NCBI GenBank assembly: GCA_945865565.1
Contig: CAMBEK010000002.1
Coordinates: forward strand, 7,901-71,900
DNA: 64,000 nt
DNA from: Pseudobacteriovorax antillogorgiicola
GTDB lineage: Bacteria; Bdellovibrionota_B; Oligoflexia; Oligoflexales; RGVZ01
Direction: 5' to 3'
Positions 1-9,660 of this stretch are shown here, piece after piece. Under the pieces are notes generated by a model that saw only the letters and a list, made by a program, of their open reading frames with translations, was not told where the DNA came from and made no database searches. Numbering within the stretch: the stretch's first letter is position 1; each line of letters opens with the position of its first letter. The position numbers were made by a program, and so were the translations under genes.

Positions 1-379
1 TAAGCTTTGTGCGCAGGACTTGGCAAAAAACACCTCCGGATTCTGAAATGACCCGCGCACCTCGACAAGTGGACGCAACAAGCGCTCCTTCGGTCGTTGC
101 CATCGGCACATAGGTAATATGGTCTCCGTCGCTTCGCCGAATGCGGAGGGGTCCTGCTAAGCCGACGGGTGTCGCAACTGATCCAATATAATTCTCAATA
201 TTGCCGCGCATGTCCTCTGCCGACAGAGAGACTCGTCCGATGTGTTCCAGTTTCTTCCCAAAATGAGCTTCAAGAAAGGATAGCCGCTCAATTCGAGCTT
301 CCTCAGTATACAAGCCCTTCCCAGGAACGGAGGCGTTCGCGGCGGTGGAGCGTTTCGGTTTGCGATCATTGATAGCCAT
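1..379 (-). CDS. hmgA: Class I HMG-CoA reductase, N-terminal part (runs off the left edge)
   Basis: Manual translation of the minus strand from ATG at 379 (AAGGA about 6 nt upstream) gives [10 protein letters not shown]...[19 protein letters not shown]...[20 protein letters not shown] with no stop to base 1. ENxIG and PMATTEGxLVAS are class I HMGR motifs. Absent from the supplied ORF track. Confidence 0.9.
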   Translation of the reverse strand, partial: MAINDRKPKRSTAANASVPGKGLYTEEARIERLSFLEAHFGKKLEHIGRVSLSAEDMRGNIENYIGSVATPVGLAGPLRIRRSDGDHITYVPMATTEGALVASTCRGARVISESGGVFCQVLRTKL

Positions 380-457
380 GCTTGATCCTTCGCTTCAGAC
401 CGGATCGGTATAATCTTTCGAGCGGATTAGCGTGTCGTTTTGGAAAAATCAAAAGAT

Positions 458-1372
458 TCAGGAGATAAGGACAGGCACGGAGGTCGTTACGGAACTTGCA
501 ATAAGCTGGAAACCGATCATGGTGACCGCAAGCTTCCGGAATCGGACTTCCTCTGTCTCGTAGTATCGCGACAAAAAAACCAAGCTAGCGAAACCAAAAC
601 AAAGACTTGTGAAGATTCCCATGGACAAATCAAGACCGAGAAAGATCACTACATCAACCGTAGTTGCAGCAGCTGAAAGCAAGCCCGCGAGGATCACGGA
701 CCGCTTGAACCCGAAAACCCTTGAATACGAATCTCCCTCGGTTAGATTCTCCTGTGTGACAAATGCCTTTCTTGTAATCTCCAGTGCCGCGCTTGCCAGC
801 AAGATGTAGAGGGCAACAGAACCTACGGTAGCCGCGTATTGAACCGTCAACGGTGAACATGACAGGGTTGCAGTGATCCATCCAACGATCATGACGGTTA
901 CGAATAAATGGCTAAGAGCATAGAACACTGGTCGTTTACTTGAGAGATTTCCAATATTAAAGTCGAAGGACATAAGTGCTGTCCATACAAGTAGAGCGCA
1001 CAAAGCGGCCAATCCTTCAAATCGACCGCTGGACGATGCAAGGGTAAACAGAGTTATCTGCGTCACGCAGAGAATTCCCACAAGCCTGAGGTCGTGCAAC
1101 GTTATGAGGCCTCTTTGCAAGACTCTCTCTGGGTGAGACAGCGCATCCTTTTTAAAATCTTTGTGCTCGTCTATAATCCTAAGTAGCAGAAAAAACAGTA
1201 CAGTCGAGGCGACGCCGCATAGCGTCAAGGCGATTCCGCGAATCGTCCCGAAGTCGAGATGACGCAGCGTTGCATCGACTTTCATGTAAACAGCGCCCGC
1301 AAGCAGTGCGTGCGGAATTGGAAAACGCTCTTTAATCCATGAGAAAATGTTTTGAAATTTCCTTTGATTCAT
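458..1372 (-). CDS. UbiA prenyltransferase-like membrane protein
   Basis: Multi-TM hydrophobic protein with Asp-rich motif RIIDEHKDFKKDALSHPERVLQRG (UbiA-type DxxxD...P-x-R...G) and an N-terminal WIKERFP segment. Confidence 0.75.
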   Translation of the reverse strand: MNQRKFQNIFSWIKERFPIPHALLAGAVYMKVDATLRHLDFGTIRGIALTLCGVASTVLFFLLLRIIDEHKDFKKDALSHPERVLQRGLITLHDLRLVGILCVTQITLFTLASSSGRFEGLAALCALLVWTALMSFDFNIGNLSSKRPVFYALSHLFVTVMIVGWITATLSCSPLTVQYAATVGSVALYILLASAALEITRKAFVTQENLTEGDSYSRVFGFKRSVILAGLLSAAATTVDVVIFLGLDLSMGIFTSLCFGFASLVFLSRYYETEEVRFRKLAVTMIGFQLIASSVTTSVPVLIS

Positions 1373-1405
1373 AATTCGTCCGCTTTAGAAGATGAGGCGA
1401 TCCAC

Positions 1406-2863
1406 TTGTCGGGATCCGGCCCCAGCATCTTTAACTTGTTTCTCGAAAACTCCCGGCGCGACGCAGATCATGTGGCAATTTTCGGAAGGGAAATTTTTCC
1501 CATTACTTACCGTGAACTCATGCTGTTAACCAAATCTTTTGTCGATCAACTCGAAGATCGCAAAATAGTTAGTGGCGAGCCAGTTGCCGTGGCCCTTCGA
1601 CCATCGGCCAAGTTCTTTGCGACTGTTCTTGCGTTGATGAGCCGAGGTCTGACGGTCGTTTTGGTCGATCCGGCGCTCGGTGCAGGAACGACTGCCCGAC
1701 TCCTTCAGAGCATCAACTGCTGGATTATCCTCACGAGCACGCGACTCAAATTTGTGCTTCGATGCTTTCCATCTCTTTGGCGCTTATCTATTCTTAGCCT
1801 AAATCACAGGCCGATTTGCGAGGAAGGCAAAGGCGAGATTATTCCGCTTCCGCCTAAATGCCACGACGCCATCATCTCATTCACGACCGGTAGCACCGGC
1901 CAAGTCAAGATGGTTCGTCGAGATCACCGCGTCTTATACGCGCAACATGGAATTATTCGGCAGTATTGGCCGCCAAAAGTTGGAAGTCGTGAGCTCAATT
2001 TCTTTCCTGTCTTCGGTTTTCACGCGCTTTGCATCGGTTCTACGGTCATCATTCCCAGGGCCAGGCTTGGTGCTAAGGATTTTGCGGATGTCATTGCCAA
2101 GCAGATCCGAGAAGATGGTGTCACTCGCATTGCGGCGCCCCCGTCTGCACTGCGATCGATCTGCGCACATCTCGATCGCAATCAAGGTGCTCCATTTACT
2201 GCCGTGGAACAGTATACGACGGGTGGATCTGTCGTGACTCCTGGTCTATGTCAAGCGATGGCGCGTCATTTCCCGAGTGCTGATGGTCTTGTCGTTTACG
2301 GCAATACCGAGGCTGAGCCGATTACAGTGACTAAAGCTTCCGAAGTGGCGAGTGATGAAAGTGATTTCGGGTATCTACTCGGAAAGCCAATTCCCGAAAT
2401 ATCTTTTTCAATACGCCCCGTTCCTGACCTTGGTGTGTTCAGCCAAGAGCAGCGGGAACCCATCGGTCGCCTTTTCGTCTCTGGACCTCATGCCGCCGGA
2501 GTTGAGATTGATACTGGAGATATCGTCTGTTTCGATAGGGTTGGGCGACTCTTTCTTATCGGTAGGCATTCTGATCTGCTTCGAAACCGAGCTGGTGCCC
2601 TTGTTGCGCCTCTTCCCATTGAAATCAGGCTGTCACGTATTCTGATGGAAGGGGAACTGGCACTGGTGCAAGTGGGCGATCGGTGCACATTATATGTTGA
2701 GGATTCCTCTGTCCGTCATGTCGCGAAAAATAAATCTGAAATTTCCTCGATCCTAGATGAATATTCCCTTTCCGCCAGGGTCAAAGGAATCCGTTCCCTG
2801 CCTAGAGACTCTCGGCAGCGGAGTAAGATTGATCGAGTGGCCCTTCGAGGTAAAAGACGGTGA
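1406..2863 (+). CDS. AMP-binding (ANL superfamily) enzyme, OleC-like acyl-adenylating ligase
   Basis: P-loop SFTTGSTGQVK, YGNTEAEPI, TGD and GRxxD motifs. Start reassigned from 1352 to in-frame TTG at 1406 (GAGG 8 nt upstream), which avoids overlap with the divergent gene. Confidence 0.8.
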   Translation: MSGSGPSIFNLFLENSRRDADHVAIFGREIFPITYRELMLLTKSFVDQLEDRKIVSGEPVAVALRPSAKFFATVLALMSRGLTVVLVDPALGAGTTARLLQSINCWIILTSTRLKFVLRCFPSLWRLSILSLNHRPICEEGKGEIIPLPPKCHDAIISFTTGSTGQVKMVRRDHRVLYAQHGIIRQYWPPKVGSRELNFFPVFGFHALCIGSTVIIPRARLGAKDFADVIAKQIREDGVTRIAAPPSALRSICAHLDRNQGAPFTAVEQYTTGGSVVTPGLCQAMARHFPSADGLVVYGNTEAEPITVTKASEVASDESDFGYLLGKPIPEISFSIRPVPDLGVFSQEQREPIGRLFVSGPHAAGVEIDTGDIVCFDRVGRLFLIGRHSDLLRNRAGALVAPLPIEIRLSRILMEGELALVQVGDRCTLYVEDSSVRHVAKNKSEISSILDEYSLSARVKGIRSLPRDSRQRSKIDRVALRGKRR

Positions 2864-2866
2864 TCA

Positions 2867-3961
2867 TTGGCTAAATTACACGCTGAGATCAGCGAAAAAA
2901 TGTCTTTTAGCGAGATTCGGTACTCCCAAGTCTGGGAGGACGAAGCGATATTACGCGGAGCACTAAACATTATGCCAAATGATGTAGTGCTGTCGATCAC
3001 TAGCGGTGGCTGTAATGCATTAGCTCTACTTTTAATGAAACCGAGACGCTTAATCTGTCTCGACATCAGCCCGGCGCAAAATGCACTTTTGTCTCTTAAA
3101 ATGGCGGCCATTCAACACTGCTCTTACCAGGCATACCTGGCGATCATGGGTGTCACCGCCGGAGAAAGGCACGAAATCTACTCCGAGCTAAGGCCGAATC
3201 TTTCTCTTGAGGCGCGGCAGTTTTTCGACTCCCACAAGGCAGATATCGACGCCGGACTAATCCACATTGGGCGACTTGAACGATTCATGGCCGGGTTTCG
3301 GCAGGATCCTTTGGTGTCGGCTATTACCCCTTATCTACGAACGCTGACCGGGATCAAATCACTAGATGCCCAGCGCACCGTTGTCTCACAGATCACTGAC
3401 GAGAATTTTAAGAAGGTATTCAAAAAATACTTCTCGCAGGAAAATATAAGCCGGTTGGGTCGGGATCCCGCGCAATTCGCCTTCGTGGTTTCTACCGATG
3501 TTGGTGAACATTTTTGGCAATGCTTCCTGCGTGCTATGAACGAAACGCAATTTTCTACGAATTTCTACATGCAATACTTTCTCCTTGGTGGCTACGAAAA
3601 TCTAGATTACGGACCATTACTCCTTCGTCGCGAATCATTCGATCAACTGAAGCGACTTTGTCATCGGGTCGAACTCGTGACGGACTCTCTTGAGAACTTC
3701 TCGGAAGATAAGAGGATGCTGGGTATTACCAAGGTCAATTTATCAAATGTGTTTGAATACAAATCGGCGGCAAGCAGTCAGGATCTGTTTTTTGAGCTTA
3801 GCCAAAGGCTGCCAGACAATGCGCGCATGGCATTTTGGAACATGCTCGTTGATCGAGCCCCTCAAGGCATCGATTCTCTTGTGAATCTGCCTCCTAAGGC
3901 GAACTGGCGCGACCGATTTTGCCTTTATCAATCTTTCAAATGCTACGAGGTCCGTCGGTGA
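2867..3961 (+). CDS. DUF3419 / BtaA-like SAM-dependent 3-amino-3-carboxypropyl transferase
   Basis: RYSQVWED, VLSITSGGCNALALL and LDISPAQNALLSLK motifs typical of DUF3419/BtaA proteins. Confidence 0.8.
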   Translation: MAKLHAEISEKMSFSEIRYSQVWEDEAILRGALNIMPNDVVLSITSGGCNALALLLMKPRRLICLDISPAQNALLSLKMAAIQHCSYQAYLAIMGVTAGERHEIYSELRPNLSLEARQFFDSHKADIDAGLIHIGRLERFMAGFRQDPLVSAITPYLRTLTGIKSLDAQRTVVSQITDENFKKVFKKYFSQENISRLGRDPAQFAFVVSTDVGEHFWQCFLRAMNETQFSTNFYMQYFLLGGYENLDYGPLLLRRESFDQLKRLCHRVELVTDSLENFSEDKRMLGITKVNLSNVFEYKSAASSQDLFFELSQRLPDNARMAFWNMLVDRAPQGIDSLVNLPPKANWRDRFCLYQSFKCYEVRR

Positions 3962-6270
3962 AATTCCTTGGTCGGCACTACACGGTGATGTCCTTACTGT
4001 TCGTTATTGCGACGATAGCGGCCATTCCAGGTGCCTTGCAGACGTTTCCGCCGGACAACTCTTTGAGAATCTGGTTTCTTGAAACAGAGCCTCTGCTGGA
4101 GAACTATCGACAGTTCCATGAGCACTTCGGAAATGACGAGGTAGTAGTGGTAGCAATCGATTTGGGGAAACCTAGGGGTCAGACCGGCCTAACCGATGCC
4201 GAGCTGCAGATGTTCAGGAAAACCATTACCGACATCGAGTCCATCCCGGGAATCGATCAGGTTGTCTCAGCTCTGACTTTGTATGGCGTACACAACGACG
4301 ACGGCGTCATTAGCCTGCAGAGTTTTTTTGAGCGCGATGCGGTCTCGGGTGTTGATTTTCAGAAGCTTGTCCAATCGCCAAGCTTCCGAGGTAGGCTAAT
4401 AGATGCTCAAGGCCAGGTAATGCTCTGGTTGGTCAAACTCAAGGCGATGGCTGATATTGATTTGAAGCGCGATGGCATAGTTGGAGCCGTTCACGGCGCA
4501 TTGGATAAATCGTTGGGTTCTTTTGCACATCCCACGGGTGGAATTAGTGTTGTTTATGCGGCTCTTAATACCCTTACTCAACGTGATTTTGGTATCTTTA
4601 TTGGCATCAGCTACCTCCTCATCTATCTATGCCTCTTCTTCGTCTTGAGGAGCGTATGGTTGGTCGTTGCAATTGCATCGGCTCTTTTTTGTGCGTCGGC
4701 TATCTCCCTCGGGATATATGGATATCTCGGTAACAAAATCAATATGGTGACGATTGCCGTACCCAGTCTGATCTTTATTCTCGGACTTATAACTCTGATC
4801 CATGTACCGAATGCGGTTGCTGTCGCCAAGGAAGATGGCGACGGCGAAGATGCAGTGGTAAAAGGGATAAAAGCCGTCCTTGGCCCCTGTATCTTGACGT
4901 CGCTGACAACAGTCTTCGGGTTTCTCGCGTTTCTTTCCGCGCCAATGACGATTCTCAGGCAGTTCGGAGCTTATACAGCCCTAGGGGTCTTCCTCGTCTT
5001 GCCAATCGGACTAGCGTTCTTGGCTGTGGCTTTCCGAAAGGAGAAAGTCCGTCTAGATCTGCGCACGCCTGCATTCGTGCGGAGTATGACGTCCTGGATA
5101 GTGAAATTCCAAGTAAAACACTCAAAATGGTTGCTGGTTCCGTTTATCGTTGTAACCGTCTTGGCGATTTGGTTCGCGCGGTCAGTTTCTATCGATACGT
5201 ATACGCTCGGTTACTTGCCTGAGAACAGTCGGGCAGTAATGGATCACGCCTCAATTCAGAAATTGTGGGGAGACTACATGCCCCTCGAGTTCATAGTCGA
5301 GACCGCAAACGCTCAAAAGGTTACATCCGCTGTGGTATTGAGCGCACAGCGAGAGTTTGTCAGGAGAGCCAGCGAAATCGATGAAATTCGGACAGGGTAC
5401 TCAATCGTAGACGTATACGAATCGATGCTGACGACATTACGCGGTACTGGGTTTGGAAAGGAGATCTCGCAGGAGGAAGTTACGCAGTTAGATACTCTAT
5501 TGGAAGCCCAAGAACTGAGGTGGCACGGTACTGAAGCCCAGTTAAGAAAGAATTTTTTACGCCATGTTACTGACGAAGAACGCCACGTCGGGCGCTTGAC
5601 TTTGGTCGCAAAAATGATGAGCGCCAAAGAGGTCAAGGATGTACTGAGGAAACTTGATGGCATTGGCAAGGAAGCCTTTGGGACGATTGGGTCGATCAAA
5701 CCTGCTGGCTATGTACCTTTGTATGTGAAGATCATCGATTATGTCATGGAATCACAGGTCCAGAGCTTTTTTATCGCGCTAATTCCTATCTTCCTTTCAA
5801 TGCTGATTTGGTTGCGCTCTTTACGCCTTGCGATCATAAGTCTCATCCCAAATTTGTTCCCGATTGCGATGATATTTGGTGCCATGGGCTTTTTTGGAAT
5901 TGACCTCGACATTGCCACGGCGACCATTGCAGCTATCGTATTAGGTGTATCCGTAGATGACACCATTCATTTTTTGCACTATTGGCAGCAGGCGGAACGG
6001 CAGGGCATGGAATGGGAGAAAGCTTTGGAGTACACAATGCCGCGCGCAGGGTCGGCGGTAATAATCACGAGTATTATTCTGCTGGTTGGGTATCCAGTTT
6101 TAATGCTTGGTAGTGTCAAAACAGTCATTTACTTTGGCGCATTGATGACATTCGCTGCCTTTACAGGTGTATTAGCTGATCTCTTCCTCCTGCCTCCGCT
6201 GCTAAAATTTGGGTACCCGAATTGTAGGCGGATCACGTCCGAACATGCTCACCACTCACGTCCGGCTTAG
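3958..6270 (+). CDS. MMPL/RND-family lipid transporter
   Basis: Two repeats of a periplasmic loop plus TM bundle; motifs LTSLTTVFGF and IVLGVSVDDTIHF. Probable GTG start at 3958 overlaps the upstream TGA (GTGA). Confidence 0.85.
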   Translation: MKFLGRHYTVMSLLFVIATIAAIPGALQTFPPDNSLRIWFLETEPLLENYRQFHEHFGNDEVVVVAIDLGKPRGQTGLTDAELQMFRKTITDIESIPGIDQVVSALTLYGVHNDDGVISLQSFFERDAVSGVDFQKLVQSPSFRGRLIDAQGQVMLWLVKLKAMADIDLKRDGIVGAVHGALDKSLGSFAHPTGGISVVYAALNTLTQRDFGIFIGISYLLIYLCLFFVLRSVWLVVAIASALFCASAISLGIYGYLGNKINMVTIAVPSLIFILGLITLIHVPNAVAVAKEDGDGEDAVVKGIKAVLGPCILTSLTTVFGFLAFLSAPMTILRQFGAYTALGVFLVLPIGLAFLAVAFRKEKVRLDLRTPAFVRSMTSWIVKFQVKHSKWLLVPFIVVTVLAIWFARSVSIDTYTLGYLPENSRAVMDHASIQKLWGDYMPLEFIVETANAQKVTSAVVLSAQREFVRRASEIDEIRTGYSIVDVYESMLTTLRGTGFGKEISQEEVTQLDTLLEAQELRWHGTEAQLRKNFLRHVTDEERHVGRLTLVAKMMSAKEVKDVLRKLDGIGKEAFGTIGSIKPAGYVPLYVKIIDYVMESQVQSFFIALIPIFLSMLIWLRSLRLAIISLIPNLFPIAMIFGAMGFFGIDLDIATATIAAIVLGVSVDDTIHFLHYWQQAERQGMEWEKALEYTMPRAGSAVIITSIILLVGYPVLMLGSVKTVIYFGALMTFAAFTGVLADLFLLPPLLKFGYPNCRRITSEHAHHSRPA

Positions 6271-6446
6271 AAGAGAGCGCTTATACGAAGTTAAGCACGA
6301 CGGAGGCGACTCAATTAGGACCATAAATTGGGGGGTTGTATTCAGCTTGAGGGTGGAGCGCATTGCGTGCGCCCCAGTTATTTGTGTCCGTTTTGCTACA
6401 TTGTCTGTTTACCAACCTGTCGTGGGCGCTGCACACAGCGAGTAAT

Positions 6447-6518
6447 GGATATTGAGCCGAAGACGAAGAATCCTTTCTTATCCCGTCATCCGGAGCCGAA
6501 GGCGAAGGATACTTGCTT
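6447..6518 (+). repeat. Two REP-like palindromic repeat units
   Basis: TGAGCCGAAGACGAAGAATCCTTTC and CCCGTCATCCGGAGCCGAAGGCGAAGGATAC; same consensus as copies at about 37.3, 49.55 and 63.2 kb. Lies between convergent genes. Confidence 0.6.
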
Positions 6519-6604
6519 CAAATTTTTGAAAAAACCGTAACCGCCATTTTTTCCTGAGAGAAATCGTATGCCAGTAGGCGTGACTATGGCCGACGGATGA
6601 CGGA

Positions 6605-7852
6605 TTAATTTTTATCCAAAGGCAATTGTTCGAAGAATATTGTGGCCGACCTGTCGGACTTGATCTGCCTGGACAGGGCTCCGCTCAGGCGAAATTCGTG
6701 CATGGACTTTAAGTAATCACCGGTTGTGGTGATCGTGATGTTCGACTTTCTACTAGTTCCTAAAATTTGTTTTTCTGAAGATTCATCCATTCCACGCTCA
6801 AGCTGTGCGACTTCTCTTACGTACCAGGTAAATTTCCCAGGCTTTAGGAAATTCAGGACGGTTGATTGTGCCCCTGAGACCCGATGGACTGTTTCTTTTC
6901 TCTGGCCATTTCCTTCCTGCTTTACAACAACTTCAAATTCACTAAGTCCAAGCTGACCTTGTTTGGATAATTCCCATGAAACGGGAATTCTCGTTGGGAA
7001 ATGAGCTCCCGCATAAATGAAGTCTTCAGGCGGGCTGGTGAGAGTAATTTGGTTTTGCCTGGTGGCCTCTCGGGCATGAATGTAGAATCTTCTCACTCCA
7101 GATTTGGCCTTCCAATCGAGAGAGGCTACTTGAAGCAGCCAAGCACCGGGCCGGAAAACCGGAATGGTCTGAACTGAGTTCTTTGTGATGCTGACTGGTG
7201 GTCCACGTTCCTCCCCCTCTGGCCACATTAATATTTGCACCTCAGGATCGGCATCCTTGTTCAAAATTTCCCAAGACACAGGAAGCATCGCAGGCAGTTC
7301 GTTAAGGTGGATGTGATTGTCCCTGCCGGGAAGATTCACTTTGATCCTGTTTTTACCCTTACCTGGTATATCCGCAAAAGCTTCACGGAAATTGGCATTC
7401 ATGATTTTTCCGAAAACAGATGATACGACAGCGTTTGATTCAGAATCCAATTTGTAGTTCTTGAATACCTGCCGGTTGATTTTCGCGCTCCGGATCAAGT
7501 CGCGTTCCAGTCGAAAGACCATTGGTGTGTTGATGTCGGCTTCGAGGCTTTTTCCAGGCCGGTCGGGGAATCCGTTCTGGCTATCGATTCTCAGGATGAG
7601 TTGCGATGCCTCGCCAACCTGGACGAGGGTCTTTTCGGGAATTGGCACACCCTCCCGCACATGCAGCCATCTGCCAGAGGAGGGCGTCCAATAAAGCACA
7701 GTACCGGACACGCTTTGCGGCGTGAAAGTCAAAAATGCCGGAGCGGCCGAGGCACGAAAGCCAAAGAATAAAAAAACAGCGAACCCGAAAAAATTGACGG
7801 AGAACGCCGCCATGGAGAGTATCGAGTAGCGTTGGGTTGATCCAGAACTCAT
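6605..7852 (-). CDS. Exported hypothetical protein, possibly FecR-like N-terminal domain followed by Ig/FN3-like beta domains
   Basis: Hydrophobic N-terminal segment, then SGTVLYW...GVPIPEKTLVQVGEASQLIL resembling the FecR start. ATG at 7852 overlaps the upstream stop (ATGA). Confidence 0.5.
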   Translation of the reverse strand: MSSGSTQRYSILSMAAFSVNFFGFAVFLFFGFRASAAPAFLTFTPQSVSGTVLYWTPSSGRWLHVREGVPIPEKTLVQVGEASQLILRIDSQNGFPDRPGKSLEADINTPMVFRLERDLIRSAKINRQVFKNYKLDSESNAVVSSVFGKIMNANFREAFADIPGKGKNRIKVNLPGRDNHIHLNELPAMLPVSWEILNKDADPEVQILMWPEGEERGPPVSITKNSVQTIPVFRPGAWLLQVASLDWKAKSGVRRFYIHAREATRQNQITLTSPPEDFIYAGAHFPTRIPVSWELSKQGQLGLSEFEVVVKQEGNGQRKETVHRVSGAQSTVLNFLKPGKFTWYVREVAQLERGMDESSEKQILGTSRKSNITITTTGDYLKSMHEFRLSGALSRQIKSDRSATIFFEQLPLDKN

Positions 7853-9660
7853 GCAGTCCTTTGCATGACGATACTGCAAACATCGTCGTCTGGTGGTGCG
7901 CCATCAAGGTGCCTCACCCAGTCGGAAAGAATCTTTTCCAAAAACTGTTTTGGTTGCAGAGAACTGGCGTCCCGGCAGGCTCGGGCGATCCGCCTCTGAC
8001 CGAACTGAGTGCCGTCAATCCTTGCTCCTTCCGATAATCCATCGGTGTAAAGAAATAGTGAATTTCCTTTCGCGAACGGAACCCGCTGCTGTCCGATTTC
8101 AAATTCCGAAGCCAATCCAATAACGTGGGAGGCAGGGGCCACAACCGTGACGTCTACATCGTCTCCCGGGGTTATCATCATGGCCGGTGGATGCCCTGCA
8201 TTATAGATGACAACGTCTCCATCCTTCTTTGACCAGGTTGCCACCTGCATGGTGGCATGCCATCGTTTGTGCCCAAGACTCATGATGAGGTGGTTGCAGC
8301 CTCGGATGAATTCCTCAACTGGGAAAGGACTTCCGCTGGACTTGTTGCGATGGAACTCGAACATGCCAGCGATAATTGCCGTAAACATTGCGGACCCGGC
8401 CCCGTGGCCGGACACATCAGCAATCGCGACGACCGATTCGCCGGCAAGGCTATCATAGTGGTAGCTGTACCAGTCACCGGCGGCCTCAGCGGCAGGCGTA
8501 TAGGAGGTATCGATTTGAACGTGGGATTCAGTCGCCAGCGCACCATGGGGCATAAAATTATCTTGAATGCTTTTGGCGACAGCAAGTTCCGCTTCGAGTC
8601 TGATTTTACCTTTTTGCTCTTCATGCAGTCGGTTGATTGCGTCATCACGTCGCTGTAGGTCAATTGCCATCTGCTCAAAGGCAAGATTTAATACCTCCGT
8701 CTCCCCGATTCCCTTTACCAGCGGCTTCGCAGAGAAGTCGCCTGCGCTGATCCTGCGCGCGACACGAACTAGGTCCGAAATGGGGTCGACTACGGGACGT
8801 AAAGAGAAAATCACGATAGCAACCGTCAATAATAATGTGATTACGGCAATGGTCGCATACTGGTTGCGCAGCTGATAAACAGGCGCCAGAGCACTTCGCT
8901 TCAACGTCTCGCTAAACAAGACGATGTTCGTCGCTGGAATTTGAAAAAAAACACCAAGCATTTGTTTGCCGTTTGGGTCCGTATATTCAAGCTGACCCTG
9001 GCGGAATTGGTTGTTGATAAACCTCTGAACGAGCCTGCGTCTTGCAAAATTTGCCGATGTTATATCGCGAGATGTTGAAACCAGGAGTTGCCCTTCGGTT
9101 GTGACGGCATAGATCACTCCTGGCCCGTCTGCTGTCGCCTCCGCACTAAATAGCCGCATCAAATTGACCGGCCAAAAGAAATAAAATCTACCCTCGCTTC
9201 CGGTCTTCTTTCCGAGGACGTCTATGGCCAAGCGCTGATCGACAAGTTGAGCCACAAAAGTACGGCCCTTGTAGGTCAATAGGTTGTATTGCGAGCGGAG
9301 GGTGTTTCCCTCCAGGTTAAGTGATGATGATTCAATGGAATCGCCTGTTCCGGGGCCATAGACAATCGAGAACCTGTTAGTCGCTTCACTGCGGAGGATC
9401 ATTCCTGGATCGGATCTGGTCTCTGCGTTGTTTACGCCGGTTGCATCCAGAATCAAGCGTGAAATCTGGTTGCTTCTGATCTCCGCACTCATAAAAATAA
9501 GGGCCCAAAAATCACGTCTCTTGTTTTCCGACAAAATCGAGAGTGCAAGGAATCCCAAAGTTGCTGTCGCCAGCATAAAACCAAGAATAACCACGCAGGT
9601 GATCCAGCGCGATATTGTGATTTGCGATGCAATCCAGCGATGAAGTACGCTTATGTTCAA
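7849..9660 (-). CDS. Membrane-bound SpoIIE/PP2C phosphatase with extracellular sensor and HAMP domain
   Basis: Two TM segments, HAMP, then GDWY, ADVSGHG, NAGHPP, YTDGLSE and terminal DD motifs of the RsbU/SpoIIE family. Confidence 0.9.
   Translation of the reverse strand: MNISVLHRWIASQITISRWITCVVILGFMLATATLGFLALSILSENKRRDFWALIFMSAEIRSNQISRLILDATGVNNAETRSDPGMILRSEATNRFSIVYGPGTGDSIESSSLNLEGNTLRSQYNLLTYKGRTFVAQLVDQRLAIDVLGKKTGSEGRFYFFWPVNLMRLFSAEATADGPGVIYAVTTEGQLLVSTSRDITSANFARRRLVQRFINNQFRQGQLEYTDPNGKQMLGVFFQIPATNIVLFSETLKRSALAPVYQLRNQYATIAVITLLLTVAIVIFSLRPVVDPISDLVRVARRISAGDFSAKPLVKGIGETEVLNLAFEQMAIDLQRRDDAINRLHEEQKGKIRLEAELAVAKSIQDNFMPHGALATESHVQIDTSYTPAAEAAGDWYSYHYDSLAGESVVAIADVSGHGAGSAMFTAIIAGMFEFHRNKSSGSPFPVEEFIRGCNHLIMSLGHKRWHATMQVATWSKKDGDVVIYNAGHPPAMMITPGDDVDVTVVAPASHVIGLASEFEIGQQRVPFAKGNSLFLYTDGLSEGARIDGTQFGQRRIARACRDASSLQPKQFLEKILSDWVRHLDGAPPDDDVCSIVMQRTA

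Noticed and set aside
1352-1405. ORF-track N-terminal extension of the AMP-binding gene
   Set aside because: It overlaps the divergent UbiA-like start; an RBS-supported TTG at 1406 fits better.
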